A DNA stretch of 64,000 nucleotides from Adineta vaga (taxonomy: Eukaryota; Animalia; Rotifera), in contig CP075493.1 in NCBI GenBank assembly GCA_021613535.1, positions 11,594,001 to 11,658,000 on the forward strand, given 5' to 3'. The position numbers and the translations under genes were made by a program. Shown here piece after piece: positions 50,840-61,522 of this stretch; positions within the stretch are counted from its first letter, which is position 1; each line of letters opens with the position of its first letter. The notes beneath the pieces were generated by a model. The model was not told the DNA's origin. It saw only the letters and a program-made list of their open reading frames with translations, and did not search any database.

Positions 50840-51317
50840 ATCAAGAATATAATAAAAAATTTGAAGTTTTTGTATTTAATTGCTCGATTTTCTGTCGATC
50901 TTGTTGATTCATAAATTGTAATTTTTCGAAATCTTTACGTAGAATTGATTCACGTTGTTTAATTTGTTTTTTCTCGGCAAGATCACTTTCGATTTGACGT
51001 CGATATTTCATGACTTGTTTTTCCTTGTAACATTCGATAATTGTAGGTAAATTTGATAGTTCTGGTACTGGTGATGATCATCATAATCATGCGATAAGTA
51101 GTATATTGTGTTGTTTGATTTGTTCACATGAATTTAATTCTTCTAATAATGTTTTATCATTATTCCAAACGTGGTTCAATATAATAATATGATGTGTATG
51201 AAGATTTTCGTGGTGATGAACATGTTCCGGTAGATCGAAGTATATGTGATGATGAATATAATGAATTCGATAAACGTAAATCTGGTGAGGATGAGCTAGA
51301 CCAATCAGAATGACCAA
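50840..51317 (-). pseudogene. Possible degraded coiled-coil ORF4 of the retrotransposon
   Basis: SSPVPELSNLPTIIECYKEKQVMKYRRQIESDLAEKKQIKQRESILRKDFEKLQF..., preceded by in-frame stops. Confidence 0.4.
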
Positions 51318-51491
51318 GAGTAATGAAGATGATGACCATGATTGTAATTTGATTTGTAGTTGTCGCTAAAATATTTTGATGTTTGATTTTCATTTGTTTG
51401 TTCATGTTCACTTGTTGTTTCTGTTCTTGTTTTGTTTGTTTTTGTTTGTTTTTGTTTTTGTTTTTTTTTTTTTTTTTTGTTTTTTGTTTTT

Positions 51492-53000
51492 TCATTTTCG
51501 TTGTTTTTTCCATCTAATTTCGAATTGTTTCTTACCAAAATAATCGATTTTCACGATTGATTTGGCTTTTTCTTGTTGTTCGACCGACCTAAATCCGATT
51601 GACACTGTGTCGTGTTTCTCGTTGATTCTGATGTCGTGGCTGTGGTAAACTTCGTCCTCGGCCAATTGGGCTCGAATTTTGTGATAATCATATTCGTCGT
51701 ATATCGGCCTTTTCATCTTCAGTTGAAATTGGGGAAGGTGTTGCTTCTTCCATTTGAGTTTATCATTTTTTCGCCGCTGTATTTCCTTCTTTCGTTGACG
51801 TTGTTCTTCTTCTGTTCGTCGAGGTGGTTGTTGTTGTTGTTTTGGACCTAATTTTGGTTTTAAAATTTCAATTAATTCATCTTCAGTAGCATTAATTATT
51901 TGATTGACATAATCGTTGATGATTTTAATTGTAGTCGGTGGTTCCGCTTCACGATCTAATTCATTTTCAAGATTATGTCCGATTTCAAGTTCGATTTCTG
52001 GTGGTGTTGGATAATCATTCGTTGTTGTTGGATAATTTTGAAAGTAAAGTTCGGCTACTGATGAACAATCATTGATGGCGTATTGTACCATTGATCTACG
52101 TTCTTGTTTTTCTTTGTGTTCATCATATCTACCTTCGCTGAACCTTCTACTTCGCCATGTTTCAAGACTAAGATCCAAACCACAGTTCCATTCATTCTTT
52201 GTGTATGATTTGTCTAAGAATTTGTTGAATTTTTCTGCCACGACCGTTTGTAAACCTAAAGGAGGATTCAATTTTTCTTTCTTTTTATAATTACCAAAAT
52301 TAGTATCGAAGTTCCAATCATCATCATCGACATAGAGGATGAGTTCTTCACCAGGTGTGTCGATTTTCATCGACGCATCGTCGGTTGTCTCACGCCTTTC
52401 CATTTCTGGATGCGTATCGTAAATTTGACTTGGATTACTGATATAAAATTGCAAGTTACATTCACGAATTGCATCTAAATGAATAAGATTTAAATGATGA
52501 AAAGAATCAAATTCTTGCTCGATTGGTCCCCATGTGATTATCTCGTTGTTGTTGCTGAAGATGGTGTCGCATAGTTGTTTGATTTTTTGGTATAATATCG
52601 ATTGTTTGTCCGGCAAATAACAGGTTTCGATCAAAACAACCGTTGAATCAATTGTTGAGTGGATCATTTGGATTTGGATGAGAGCTCCATTTGTTCGTGG
52701 TTCACCTTTCCGTAATAATTTCCATTGAGATTCTGTGTCGACAACGAATCTTCTCGTCTTTGTTGCTTTTTTGATTAAATCTTCAATTGATTGTATGGTC
52801 GATTGATGATGTACGTGGACGATTTCGAGATTTGCTGATGGACGATATTCGGGATGTAATCCTCGAAGTTCTTCATTCTTCTCCATCTGTCGTTGGTTTC
52901 TCATCCAGCTTGATTTTGGTGATTTTGTTGAGTGCATTCTACTATTAGAAAATAAATAAAGTAAATAAAGTGGTTTACTAGGTAGTCTGGCGGCGGTCAT
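51492..53000 (-). CDS. ORF3: DEDDy (RNase D-like) 3'-5' exonuclease with basic/coiled C-terminus
   Basis: VVDTES (ExoI), ALIQI, ITWG...E, LQTVVAEKFNKFLDKS...W and YAINDC (ExoIII). Confidence 0.88.
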   Translation of the reverse strand: MTAARLPSKPLYLLYLFSNSRMHSTKSPKSSWMRNQRQMEKNEELRGLHPEYRPSANLEIVHVHHQSTIQSIEDLIKKATKTRRFVVDTESQWKLLRKGEPRTNGALIQIQMIHSTIDSTVVLIETCYLPDKQSILYQKIKQLCDTIFSNNNEIITWGPIEQEFDSFHHLNLIHLDAIRECNLQFYISNPSQIYDTHPEMERRETTDDASMKIDTPGEELILYVDDDDWNFDTNFGNYKKKEKLNPPLGLQTVVAEKFNKFLDKSYTKNEWNCGLDLSLETWRSRRFSEGRYDEHKEKQERRSMVQYAINDCSSVAELYFQNYPTTTNDYPTPPEIELEIGHNLENELDREAEPPTTIKIINDYVNQIINATEDELIEILKPKLGPKQQQQPPRRTEEEQRQRKKEIQRRKNDKLKWKKQHLPQFQLKMKRPIYDEYDYHKIRAQLAEDEVYHSHDIRINEKHDTVSIGFRSVEQQEKAKSIVKIDYFGKKQFEIRWKKQRK

Positions 53001-53563
53001 TCCGGTGAAAGGTTATCCTTTCGTTCTGCTTTCTTCTGTTTTTCTTCGTAATTTTCCATGCTTTTGTTTTTCGTTTCCTAAAATTTTTCATTCCTTTGTT
53101 GTCCTTTTTCTTTCTTTCCTGTCCGTTATATATATATATATATATACTCGCGTCGTCATATACGCGTATAGATGAAAGTGGCATGACTATATGATCTTGT
53201 TTACATCTTTTTCTTTCCTGTTCTGTGATGTGGTGAGATCGACCGTGTCGTGTTCTTGTAAGGTAATCGGCTTCGTCCATATGGATCATCCGTCGTATCA
53301 TGTCGTCTGCACGTGATCGCCATGATATATCGATTAAATGTTCATATGAATAGAAAAAAAATAGATGTCGCTTATACATATATGACTATGTGATATATAT
53401 ATATATATCTTTGATAGCCCCATCTTATCAGTGAGAAGGGGAAACCTATCTCCCCGACATGATCTGCTAAATCAAATTCATGTATTTTATTCATATAAAT
53501 ATACATTTTAATGAAGTCAATTATGTTCACAGTCGATTTACACCTTTCCCTAGTGGGATGTGC

Positions 53564-56500
53564 TTAGTCATGTAAATTCCATCGTTCTACTAATGGAACG
53601 ATGACATCCATTGTAACTTGTTTTGTTAATGTTGTTTTCTTCACATGTTGTACAATGAATGTTTTTCTTCCTAATTGTTCGATAATTCGAAATGGACCTT
53701 CGTACCTAATATCGAATTTGTTTCGAAAACTTCTGGTTTTAATCAGGACTAAATCATTAATTTTGATCGATAATTCTTGTCGATGTTGATCATATCGAGT
53801 CTTATATTGTTGCTGAGATTTATGAATATTTTTCCGTGCATCATCTGTTAATTTTTCCAGGTAATTTCGAAGTTTTTCTCCATGTTCAGTGTCGTTTGTA
53901 AGTGAAATAAGTGTCCGTTGTTGATCGAATGGAAGACTAGCTTGTCGACCGTGCATCATTTCAAATGGTGTATGTTTTGTTGTTGCATGTATGGATGTAT
54001 TGTAATTAAATGTAACGAATTGCAATATTTCATCCCAATCTGTACGTTGATCATTGCATAATGATGCTATTTTTCCGTCCATTGTTGCATTAAAACGTTC
54101 AATTTGTCCATTTGTTTGTGGATGATAAGCTGTTGTATATAAATGAGTGACACCAAGTTTCTTAAGCAAATTGTTCGTTGTTTCTGCTGTGAAGTGAGTA
54201 CCATTATCAGTTAAAATGCATGTTGGTGTTCCATATTTCAAGATAACATCGTTGGTAATGAAATCAACTGTTGTTTTTGCTGAACAATCGCGAACTGCTT
54301 TTGTTATGACAAATTTTGATAAGACATCGGTTAACGATATAATGTATCGATTACCGCGTCGTGTTGTTGGATTTATTGGTCCATGGAAATCCATACTAAG
54401 TAATCTCCATATTCCATCAGGTGGTGGTATCGGTTGTAATTTTCCTGGTGGTTTTTGACGACGATGATTGTTCTGTGCACATGGTAAACAGGATTTAACA
54501 TGATTTTCAATATCTGCTATCATTGTTGGCCAGTAATATCGTTCTTGTATTTTTCGTATTGTTTTATCACGTCCAAAATGTGCACCATTACCAGGTGTAT
54601 CATGATAAATTTTTAAAATATCAGCACGCATTCTTCCCTGTGGAACAAATGGTACTGCTAAAATTGATGATTTTTGTCTTCGTAATAATAATCCGTCTTC
54701 TATTGTATATTGCTTTTGTTTGTTGATGTTGGTTTTAATTTGTTTCACGACATCATCTTGTTCCTGTGCTTCCCTGAGATTGTCCAAATCAAAGGGTATG
54801 ATCCGATTCGGATCATCCTCCGATTGAGTTTTCGCTTCTTTCCCTTGCGGGATGAGCTCATTCTGCTGTTGTAATTTTGCTTGAGCTCGTGTAATAGCTG
54901 TGATTATTCGTACAGGTGGATGTTCATGGTTGGACGTTGGTGATGATGTTTCTGTTTGTGTTGATTTCGTTTCATATTGGAGTTGGTCGTCGTTATCTTC
55001 ATGAGCTATTTCCACCGGTGATCTAGATAAATAATCTGCCATATTATTCTTCTTACCTTGTATATGCTTCACCTTGAATCGATATTCAGCTAGTCGTAAT
55101 CGCCAACGTTCACACCTTTTGTTCAGTTGTTCTTTGTTGTTGAAGTGGACTAATGGTTCATGATCTGTTTCTAAAATAAATTCCTGTCCACGAAGATATT
55201 TGTCCCATTTCTCCACAGCTTGAACGATTGCATAACATTCTTGTTCGATGGTAGGCCAGTTAATTTGTGTTTTGGTTAATTTCTTCGACATGTATGCTAG
55301 TGGTCGATCACCATTTGGTGTAATTTGTAATAGAACAGCACCAATTCCATCGACACTTGCATCCGTTTGTAATTTAAATTGCATATCATCATCAGGTAAA
55401 TTGAGGATAAGATCCGTTGTTAAGATGTGCTTCAGTTGATGAAATGCTGTTCGTGCTTCTTCTGTTAATTCGAATTTTATTTTCTTGTTATTCTTCTGCT
55501 GTTGTAATGTTGTTGGTGAATATTTGTGTAGTGGTGCTGCAATGATCGAGAATTTTGGAATGAATTTGCGATAATATTCCGCCGCTTTGACGAATCGGAA
55601 TGCCTCTTCTGCTGATGTTGGGTCACGAACAGCTGCTAAATCACGAATATTTTCTGGATCTGGTTGAATTGTACCTTGCTTGATGATGTGTCCGAGAAAT
55701 AATATTTCTGTACGTGCGATTTCACATTTTACTATATTTAACTTGAAATTTGCGTCATTCAGTAATGAACATACTTCTTCAATATGTCGTACATGTTCCA
55801 GAAATGTTCGTGAATATATTATAATATCATCGATGTATGCCAACATGTGCTTCCATCGATTCGGACCGAGTATTTGATTGACAATTCGTTGAAAAGTTGG
55901 TGGTCCATTTGTAAGTCCTTGTGGTAATACTTTGAATTGGAAATGACCATCTCTTGTAGAAAATGCTGTTTTTGGTCGATCGGCTTTGTCTAATGGTACT
56001 TGAAAATAACCTGCTTTGAAATCAAATTTGCTAAAATATGTTGCTTGGGTTAATTGATCATAAATATCATCAATTCGTGGTAATGGAAAAGCATCTTTAG
56101 TTGTAATTTGATTGAGTCGACGATAATCTACACAAAATCTTGTTGTTCCATCTTTCTTTTAACTAGTACTACAGGTGATGACCATGGAGACGTTGAATGT
56201 TCAATAATATCCTTTTTCAATAATTTTTGTGTTTCTTCACGTAATGTTTCTTGGTCTCTGTTGGATTTGCGATATGGTGGAGTATGTACTGGTCTATGAG
56301 TACCTGTATCGATTGCATTCTTCAAAATAATGTCAATCTTTGATGGTTGTCGAAGATCGAATAAATTTCCGTATCTCCATAGGACATTCGTGATCTTGTT
56401 TCGTTGCGTATCGTCGGAAATATGTGAAGTTAATTTTCCAATTTGTTCCCGTATTTCATCAGGATAACATTGTTCACGCAGGTGTTTGAATAAATCGTTC

Positions 56501-57459
56501 TTTGCGACGAATCGTTGTGAACAGTTTCGACATTTGTGCTCGGTGTTGTCTGTTGTTGTTGTCTGTCGATGTTCCGAACTGGCATTGCTAATTCCTTCAT
56601 TCGCTACTTTTCCTTTCGGAATGAGCTGTTCACACGCTTTTCCTTTCGGAATGCGTTCATCGGGATGGTTCGATGGTACTATAAGATTAACCGAATTTGC
56701 CATCTGTGTCACCATACCAATCCGTGTGCCTTCCGAAAGTGTTTGTCGTCGATTCGTTGCATTTATGATACTGATCGTTGCTTTTCCGTCGTTGATGTTA
56801 AGTAATGTACATGCCATAAATAATGCTTTACGTTGTAAATGAGGATTTGGTTCAAATAATGCATCGACTATCTTTTCTTGTTGCAGTTGAGCTTCTATAA
56901 TGTGTTCTGAAAAAGGAGAAAGTGTAATATAATTAACAAGTGTTGCTGGATAATTCAAAATTGGTGGTTTTATAAAAGGAGTTGATACTTCTCTACCTCG
57001 TTTTTTTATCATGATTCGCTTTTCTGGAGTTAATATGTACACACTGTTTGTTTGAATCCAATCACTACCAAGTATTAAATTTGTAACGAGATTTGTTGCA
57101 ACATCAGCAGTCACTTGCGTTGTAATTCCTTCGATGTTGATGAATAATGTTACTTCGCCGATAATGTTCACTGCTGAGCAACTGGCTGATAGATGATTCT
57201 TTGTTCGTGGTATAAATTGTTTGTGCGGGATCTTGTTCAATAGACGTTTGTGAATTATTGTGATGGCCGATCCTGTATCGATTAGTGCTTCTTGTGGAGT
57301 ATTATTGCATAAGATTTTGACAAAGATTGGATTGTATGTTTCAGTTGTTGTTGTAAGTGATGATGTTGATGTTGTTGTCGATGATGATGACTTTTGAACT
57401 CCCCAAGGATCGTCGCCATCAACCGATCCCTTTACTCGAAAAAATAACGTTGCGGACAA
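53564..57459 (-). CDS. pol: Pol polyprotein (protease, RT, RNase H, integrase); one 1-nt frameshift at ~56158
   Basis: ALIDTGS, SPWSSPVVLV, RFCVDYRRLN, YIDDII, LQTDAS, ETDH, HHCC zinc finger, MDFHGP/TDNG/IERFN and EGPF. Confidence 0.97.
57405..57444 (-). promoter_or_regulatory. -1 programmed ribosomal frameshift signal (gag-pol)
   Basis: Slippery T TTT TTC (57444-57438) in the gag frame, then hairpin AAGGGATC-G-GTTG-ATGG-CGAC-GATCCTT. pol lies in the -1 frame. Confidence 0.85.
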
Positions 57460-58445
57460 TCACGTATTCGATGATTTGACTGTCCACATCTAAAGCAACC
57501 ATCTTCCTTCTTATAGAAGCATTGCATCGTCGAATGGTTCGTTCGATTGCAGATTAAACATGGTTTCGACTGTTGAGTCGTGTTCCGTCGATTATTTGGT
57601 TGTTGTCGTACTGTACTTGAACGTCGTTCATATGGTTGATATTCCTGTTGATTTCCACCGGTATGTTGTTGTGCGTATCGGCGATGCGATGATGATTGTT
57701 GAATTGTTGCCGTCGGTAATGTTGATTCGAAATATGGTATTTGTGTTGCTGCTCGTGGTGGTGTATTGCGTTGTTGAATTCGTCGTTGTATATGTTCTTC
57801 TTCCCTTGCCATCAGCAGCCATTCTTCGGGTTTCGAGATATTAACTTCATTTCGAATTAATTGTTCCTTCAATGAATGTTTCACACCTGCTTGTAGTACC
57901 GTAATGATTTGTTTTTCAGTAACTAATCCACTTGCTTTTCGATATTTGCGCATAACCATATCGTAAAATGCTGTAGTTGATTGATCTTCTTCTTGTCGAA
58001 GCTGGAAGAATTCTTGTACTAATTGACCATCTGACGTGAATGTTTTGAATCGATCTCGTAATGCTTCTTCTGCTTCCTTCCAATCACCAAATGATGTTAA
58101 ATTTCCTTGATACCATCGTAATGCTGATCCGGTTAATTTTCCCATCGTCAACAATATTTTTGTTTCATCTTGTAATTGCATTAGCGAGAATAAATTAGTT
58201 AGATCATATAACCATTCATCAATATCCAATTCATTAGATTCTCCCGAATACTCATTAATTTTCTTCATGGCTTCCTGTTGACTGGAATGTAATTGTCGAA
58301 GTTCCATCGAGTTCACATCGGTCGAGGTATTTTTCGTTGCTCCCATCAGCATCGAGGTGTTTTTCGTCATCGTATCGTCCGAGTGCGTTTCGTTCGTCGA
58401 GGTATTGTTTAATGCGGTGTCTTTCGTCATGTTGTGTATAGACAA
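57432..58445 (-). CDS. gag: Gag with two CCHC zinc knuckles
   Basis: KLTGSALRWY, LRQEEDQS, CLICNRTNHSTMQC and CFRCGQSNHRIRDC. True start uncertain. Confidence 0.95.
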   Translation of the reverse strand: MSIHNMTKDTALNNTSTNETHSDDTMTKNTSMLMGATKNTSTDVNSMELRQLHSSQQEAMKKINEYSGESNELDIDEWLYDLTNLFSLMQLQDETKILLTMGKLTGSALRWYQGNLTSFGDWKEAEEALRDRFKTFTSDGQLVQEFFQLRQEEDQSTTAFYDMVMRKYRKASGLVTEKQIITVLQAGVKHSLKEQLIRNEVNISKPEEWLLMAREEEHIQRRIQQRNTPPRAATQIPYFESTLPTATIQQSSSHRRYAQQHTGGNQQEYQPYERRSSTVRQQPNNRRNTTQQSKPCLICNRTNHSTMQCFYKKEDGCFRCGQSNHRIRDCPQRYFFE

Positions 58446-58784
58446 ATTTTTCGTGTGTTTTGCCGACGTGTTTGTTTTGATGATTACGTTATTATTTCGT
58501 ATGGATAAAGGTTTGCACTTATTCTCTTTGTTCTTCTTCGAATGCCGTCAGCCGTGTTCGTATAGATATTTTCAAAGAATGAAAGCGAATCGTATATGTG
58601 AAGAATACTATACCTTCTTCGACTGAATAATTTCAGTAATTATAATTAATAATTTTGATTGATGAATTCACCTGACTCTCTTTCCGTCACGGATGAAATA
58701 ATAATCACTCTTTCCTGATGAAGGATGAGTTTATAAAGACCTGGTACTTGATTCTTTTTCGATGGAAAAAAATAGAAAAAGACC

Positions 58785-58797
58785 GGTCACGGCACCA
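58785..58797 (-). promoter_or_regulatory. Primer-binding site, tRNA-His type
   Basis: TGGTGCCGTGACC, 3 nt inside the 5' LTR, complementary to the 3' end of eukaryotic tRNA-His (…GTCACGGCA-CCA). Confidence 0.85.
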
Positions 58798-58800
58798 ATA

Positions 58801-58937
58801 TGTTAGCTCGTATTCGAGCTGACGATGTTTATTTATTTTGTCTGTCTCAAAAGTAGAAAATAACATAGCTTTATATAGAAAAGGAGAAGGAGAAAGAGAA
58901 GGAGAGAGAGAGAGATATGTATGAATCATCGCTAACA
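58801..58937 (-). repeat. 5' LTR (137 bp)
   Basis: Direct repeat of 50571-50705. Confidence 0.98.
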
Positions 58938-60725
58938 GATTCACATAATATCGGTATTTTACTTAATCCTCTCAATATTCTTCTTCTTCCTGCAAGTTCT
59001 CCAGGTTATTGTAGTAGTCTGATTAGCAGATACGATGATTCCGTATTTGCAATGTATAAGTCACAGCCGTGCATTTCCGGTACTCATAAACGAGACAAGA
59101 GCTTTGGTCCTTGTAGCATATGTCCAATGCATTCAAAAAATAATGGCAGCTTTGGAATTCATTGCGAAAAATGTTCTACAACAAATACATCTTTATGTTT
59201 TCCTGGTGCTGCAGGCGAAATCGATATCACTGAACTGGCAACATATGATCAAGCAAATCCTTATCCAATGTCACCTGAATCAACACAATTCGAAGATCTA
59301 CTGCTTCAAAATATTTTAGCATTTCCCATCATTACTACCCAATGTCTTTTTATTTCACCTGTTTTTTGGGCTTGTATACTTATTATCGTTTGTTTGATAT
59401 TCTTCATAGTAATCAAACTTATTCTATCTCGTTTGAAACATCAAAATGGGACAACAATTCTCAAGAATATTTTTATACGTATCGATTTCATCGGTGAAGG
59501 ACAATATTGGTTAGGTGGACTCATTTCACTTTCTCTTTTCGTTCTTGTTACGTTTGCTTGTAAGTTTAGTATTTCCTTTGCAAATCTATATCCATACGAA
59601 GAAACGTCAATATTCGAACGAATAAGTGCTACATGTGACAGTTCATTGATTAATGCCAAATTTAGTAGTTCATTACAGCTACTTTCAATACATAAACCCC
59701 AAGAAGAGAAACCAATTTTCGATTTACTCGATAATCAAAATATAAGTTTAGGCGTGCAATTTGTCAGTACAGCTTTTACTTGTGATAATCTAACGGTTCA
59801 ACAAATTAGAGATCATGGTTTAAACATTCCGACAACAATTTCTAATTGTTCTCAGAATAATAATATTCTTTATATTAAAACTATGTTACCGAAAAAAATT
59901 GGTACAATACAATTTGACTTAGTTGGTCCACATTTTGTTGGAGGACTTCGTCTCTGTCTTTCTGCTCCAGCCGTGTCTATTGATAACGATAGGTATACAG
60001 CTAGACAAATGGATTTTTGTCACTTCTTATACGTACCGAACCAAATTATAACATCAAATCCAAAAATTAATGTGAAAATGGTCAAAGTAATCAACCGAAC
60101 AGCAAGCATGATGTTCGACGATGATGTCATTTACAGTGGTCTGTGGTTGCCTACACTTACTTCGACTAGTCTAACAGATGAATCACTCTTTTTGCAAAAA
60201 GGAGAATTCTATCATTATTTACCGACGGAAACAATCGTCGTTATTGATATAACAGAATCGGAATTTTTTATGAAGAATACACAAGAACCAATAGCACGAA
60301 CGTATGAGATAACATTCAACACCATCCTATTCTCAAGTAAGATCGAAAGAGTTCTCAAAAATATATATCTAAGAATTGCTTTCAAAATATTTTTATTTTA
60401 GTGTTATGTTTAGATTTAGTTGGACTTCTCTTTATTGTATTTAAAATGGTTATTTATCCGGTGTTTATGTTGGTTCAAAAATATGTAACTGACAGAAAAC
60501 GGATAAATACTTGATGATGAAGAAGGACAAGAAAGTTCATGATCAACTCGACGCTTATTTCTGAAATTAAATTAATTGATTGAAGTTTTTTTTATAAATA
60601 TGATTGTATCTATCTGTCATGACATTTTTTACCATCTTGAGGATATATACGGAAAGGCGAAGAGAAACTAATAGAGGAAATATCGAGTTAGTCGAATTCA
60701 TTGTAATATTTTCTCAAAACTATGG

Positions 60726-61522
60726 TTACTGTTGTTGCTGTTGTTGTAAAACAGCCATCATTCGAGGTAAAACATCAATATGAGCTGCATTAAAACATTG
60801 CCAATCGTGATTTCCATCACATCCATAACCGATTGATTGTCCATTTCCATCATCATTGAAATAAACAGAGAAACTGAGTATTGTTAATAAGTCTCGTAAA
60901 CGATAACTATACTATATCACGTAATAATCCCACATGAGTAGTTGTACTTTGAGCAAACCATCCATTCGGATATAATTCAGCATAATGAATAGTACCAAAT
61001 CCACTCATTGAATCACCACCAATAGCGCGACCTTGTTTTTTTGTTATTGTTCGCAACTTAAAATCAATCCAAGGTACTAATTGTTTCATATGATATGTAC
61101 GCCAGTTTTGTGGTGCTAGCCTTTCTGGAATGATCCAATTCGTATAGAATCCAACTGCTTCACCATTAGGCATAACAGTAATTAAAGAAAGATTACTACA
61201 AATTTTTCCAGCGATGCCACCTGTCGTCCAGTCTGCTTCACTACCGCAGCTGTACCATGTAATAGATAAAGAACAGGATAACGACGGCTACAGGACTACT
61301 TGTTTCATAATCACTTGGAATAAATATTCGAATCTGTTGATCTCCAAGAACTTCTTGTATTGAAACAACTAATTCATAGAGTTGAGTAGTTAATTAAGAA
61401 GACGAACGTACCGTTATAGTCCAAAAGCGAATACAAAATGATCGAGGTACGTCACTAATAATATAAGTAATTAAATTGCATAAAACCAGAAATAATCCGA
61501 TGAGAAAATGATCTCTTTTCAT
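60726..61522 (-). pseudogene. Secreted alpha/beta-hydrolase esterase (antigen-85/putative esterase family, bacterial type), disrupted
   Basis: Signal peptide, RYPVLYLLHG, TVMPNG...GFYTNW, LVPWID, RAIGGDSMSGFG and GNHDWQCF. Frameshifts near 61250-61290 and a probable deletion after YP. Confidence 0.8.

Larger units (their letters stand above)
50571..58937 (-). mobile_element. Full-length Ty3/gypsy LTR retrotransposon with extra ORF3 (DEDDy exonuclease)
   Basis: TG..CA LTRs, 5-bp TSD GATTC (50566-50570 and 58938-58942), PBS, PPT, gag and PR-RT-RH-INT order. Confidence 0.98.
49370..60514 (+). pseudogene. Signal-peptide, propeller-like, Cys-rich, multi-TM protein gene interrupted by the LTR element
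   Basis: Exon 1 is 49370-50383. Exon 2 starts at 50440 (FPNNQQ...KFVPWD) and resumes in frame after 58942 (SHNIGILL) once the element and one TSD are removed. Last exon stops at 60514. Confidence 0.9.

Noticed and set aside
51160-51538. Lys/Gln-rich ORFs after ORF3
   Set aside because: Translation of an A-rich low-complexity tract.
53601-57844. Plus-strand ORFs inside the retrotransposon
   Set aside because: Antisense shadows of gag/pol codon bias.
58711-58740. Hammerhead ribozyme (CTGATGA)
   Set aside because: It is on the antisense strand of the element, lacks a correctly placed GAAA and stems, and is explained by the hairpin motif.
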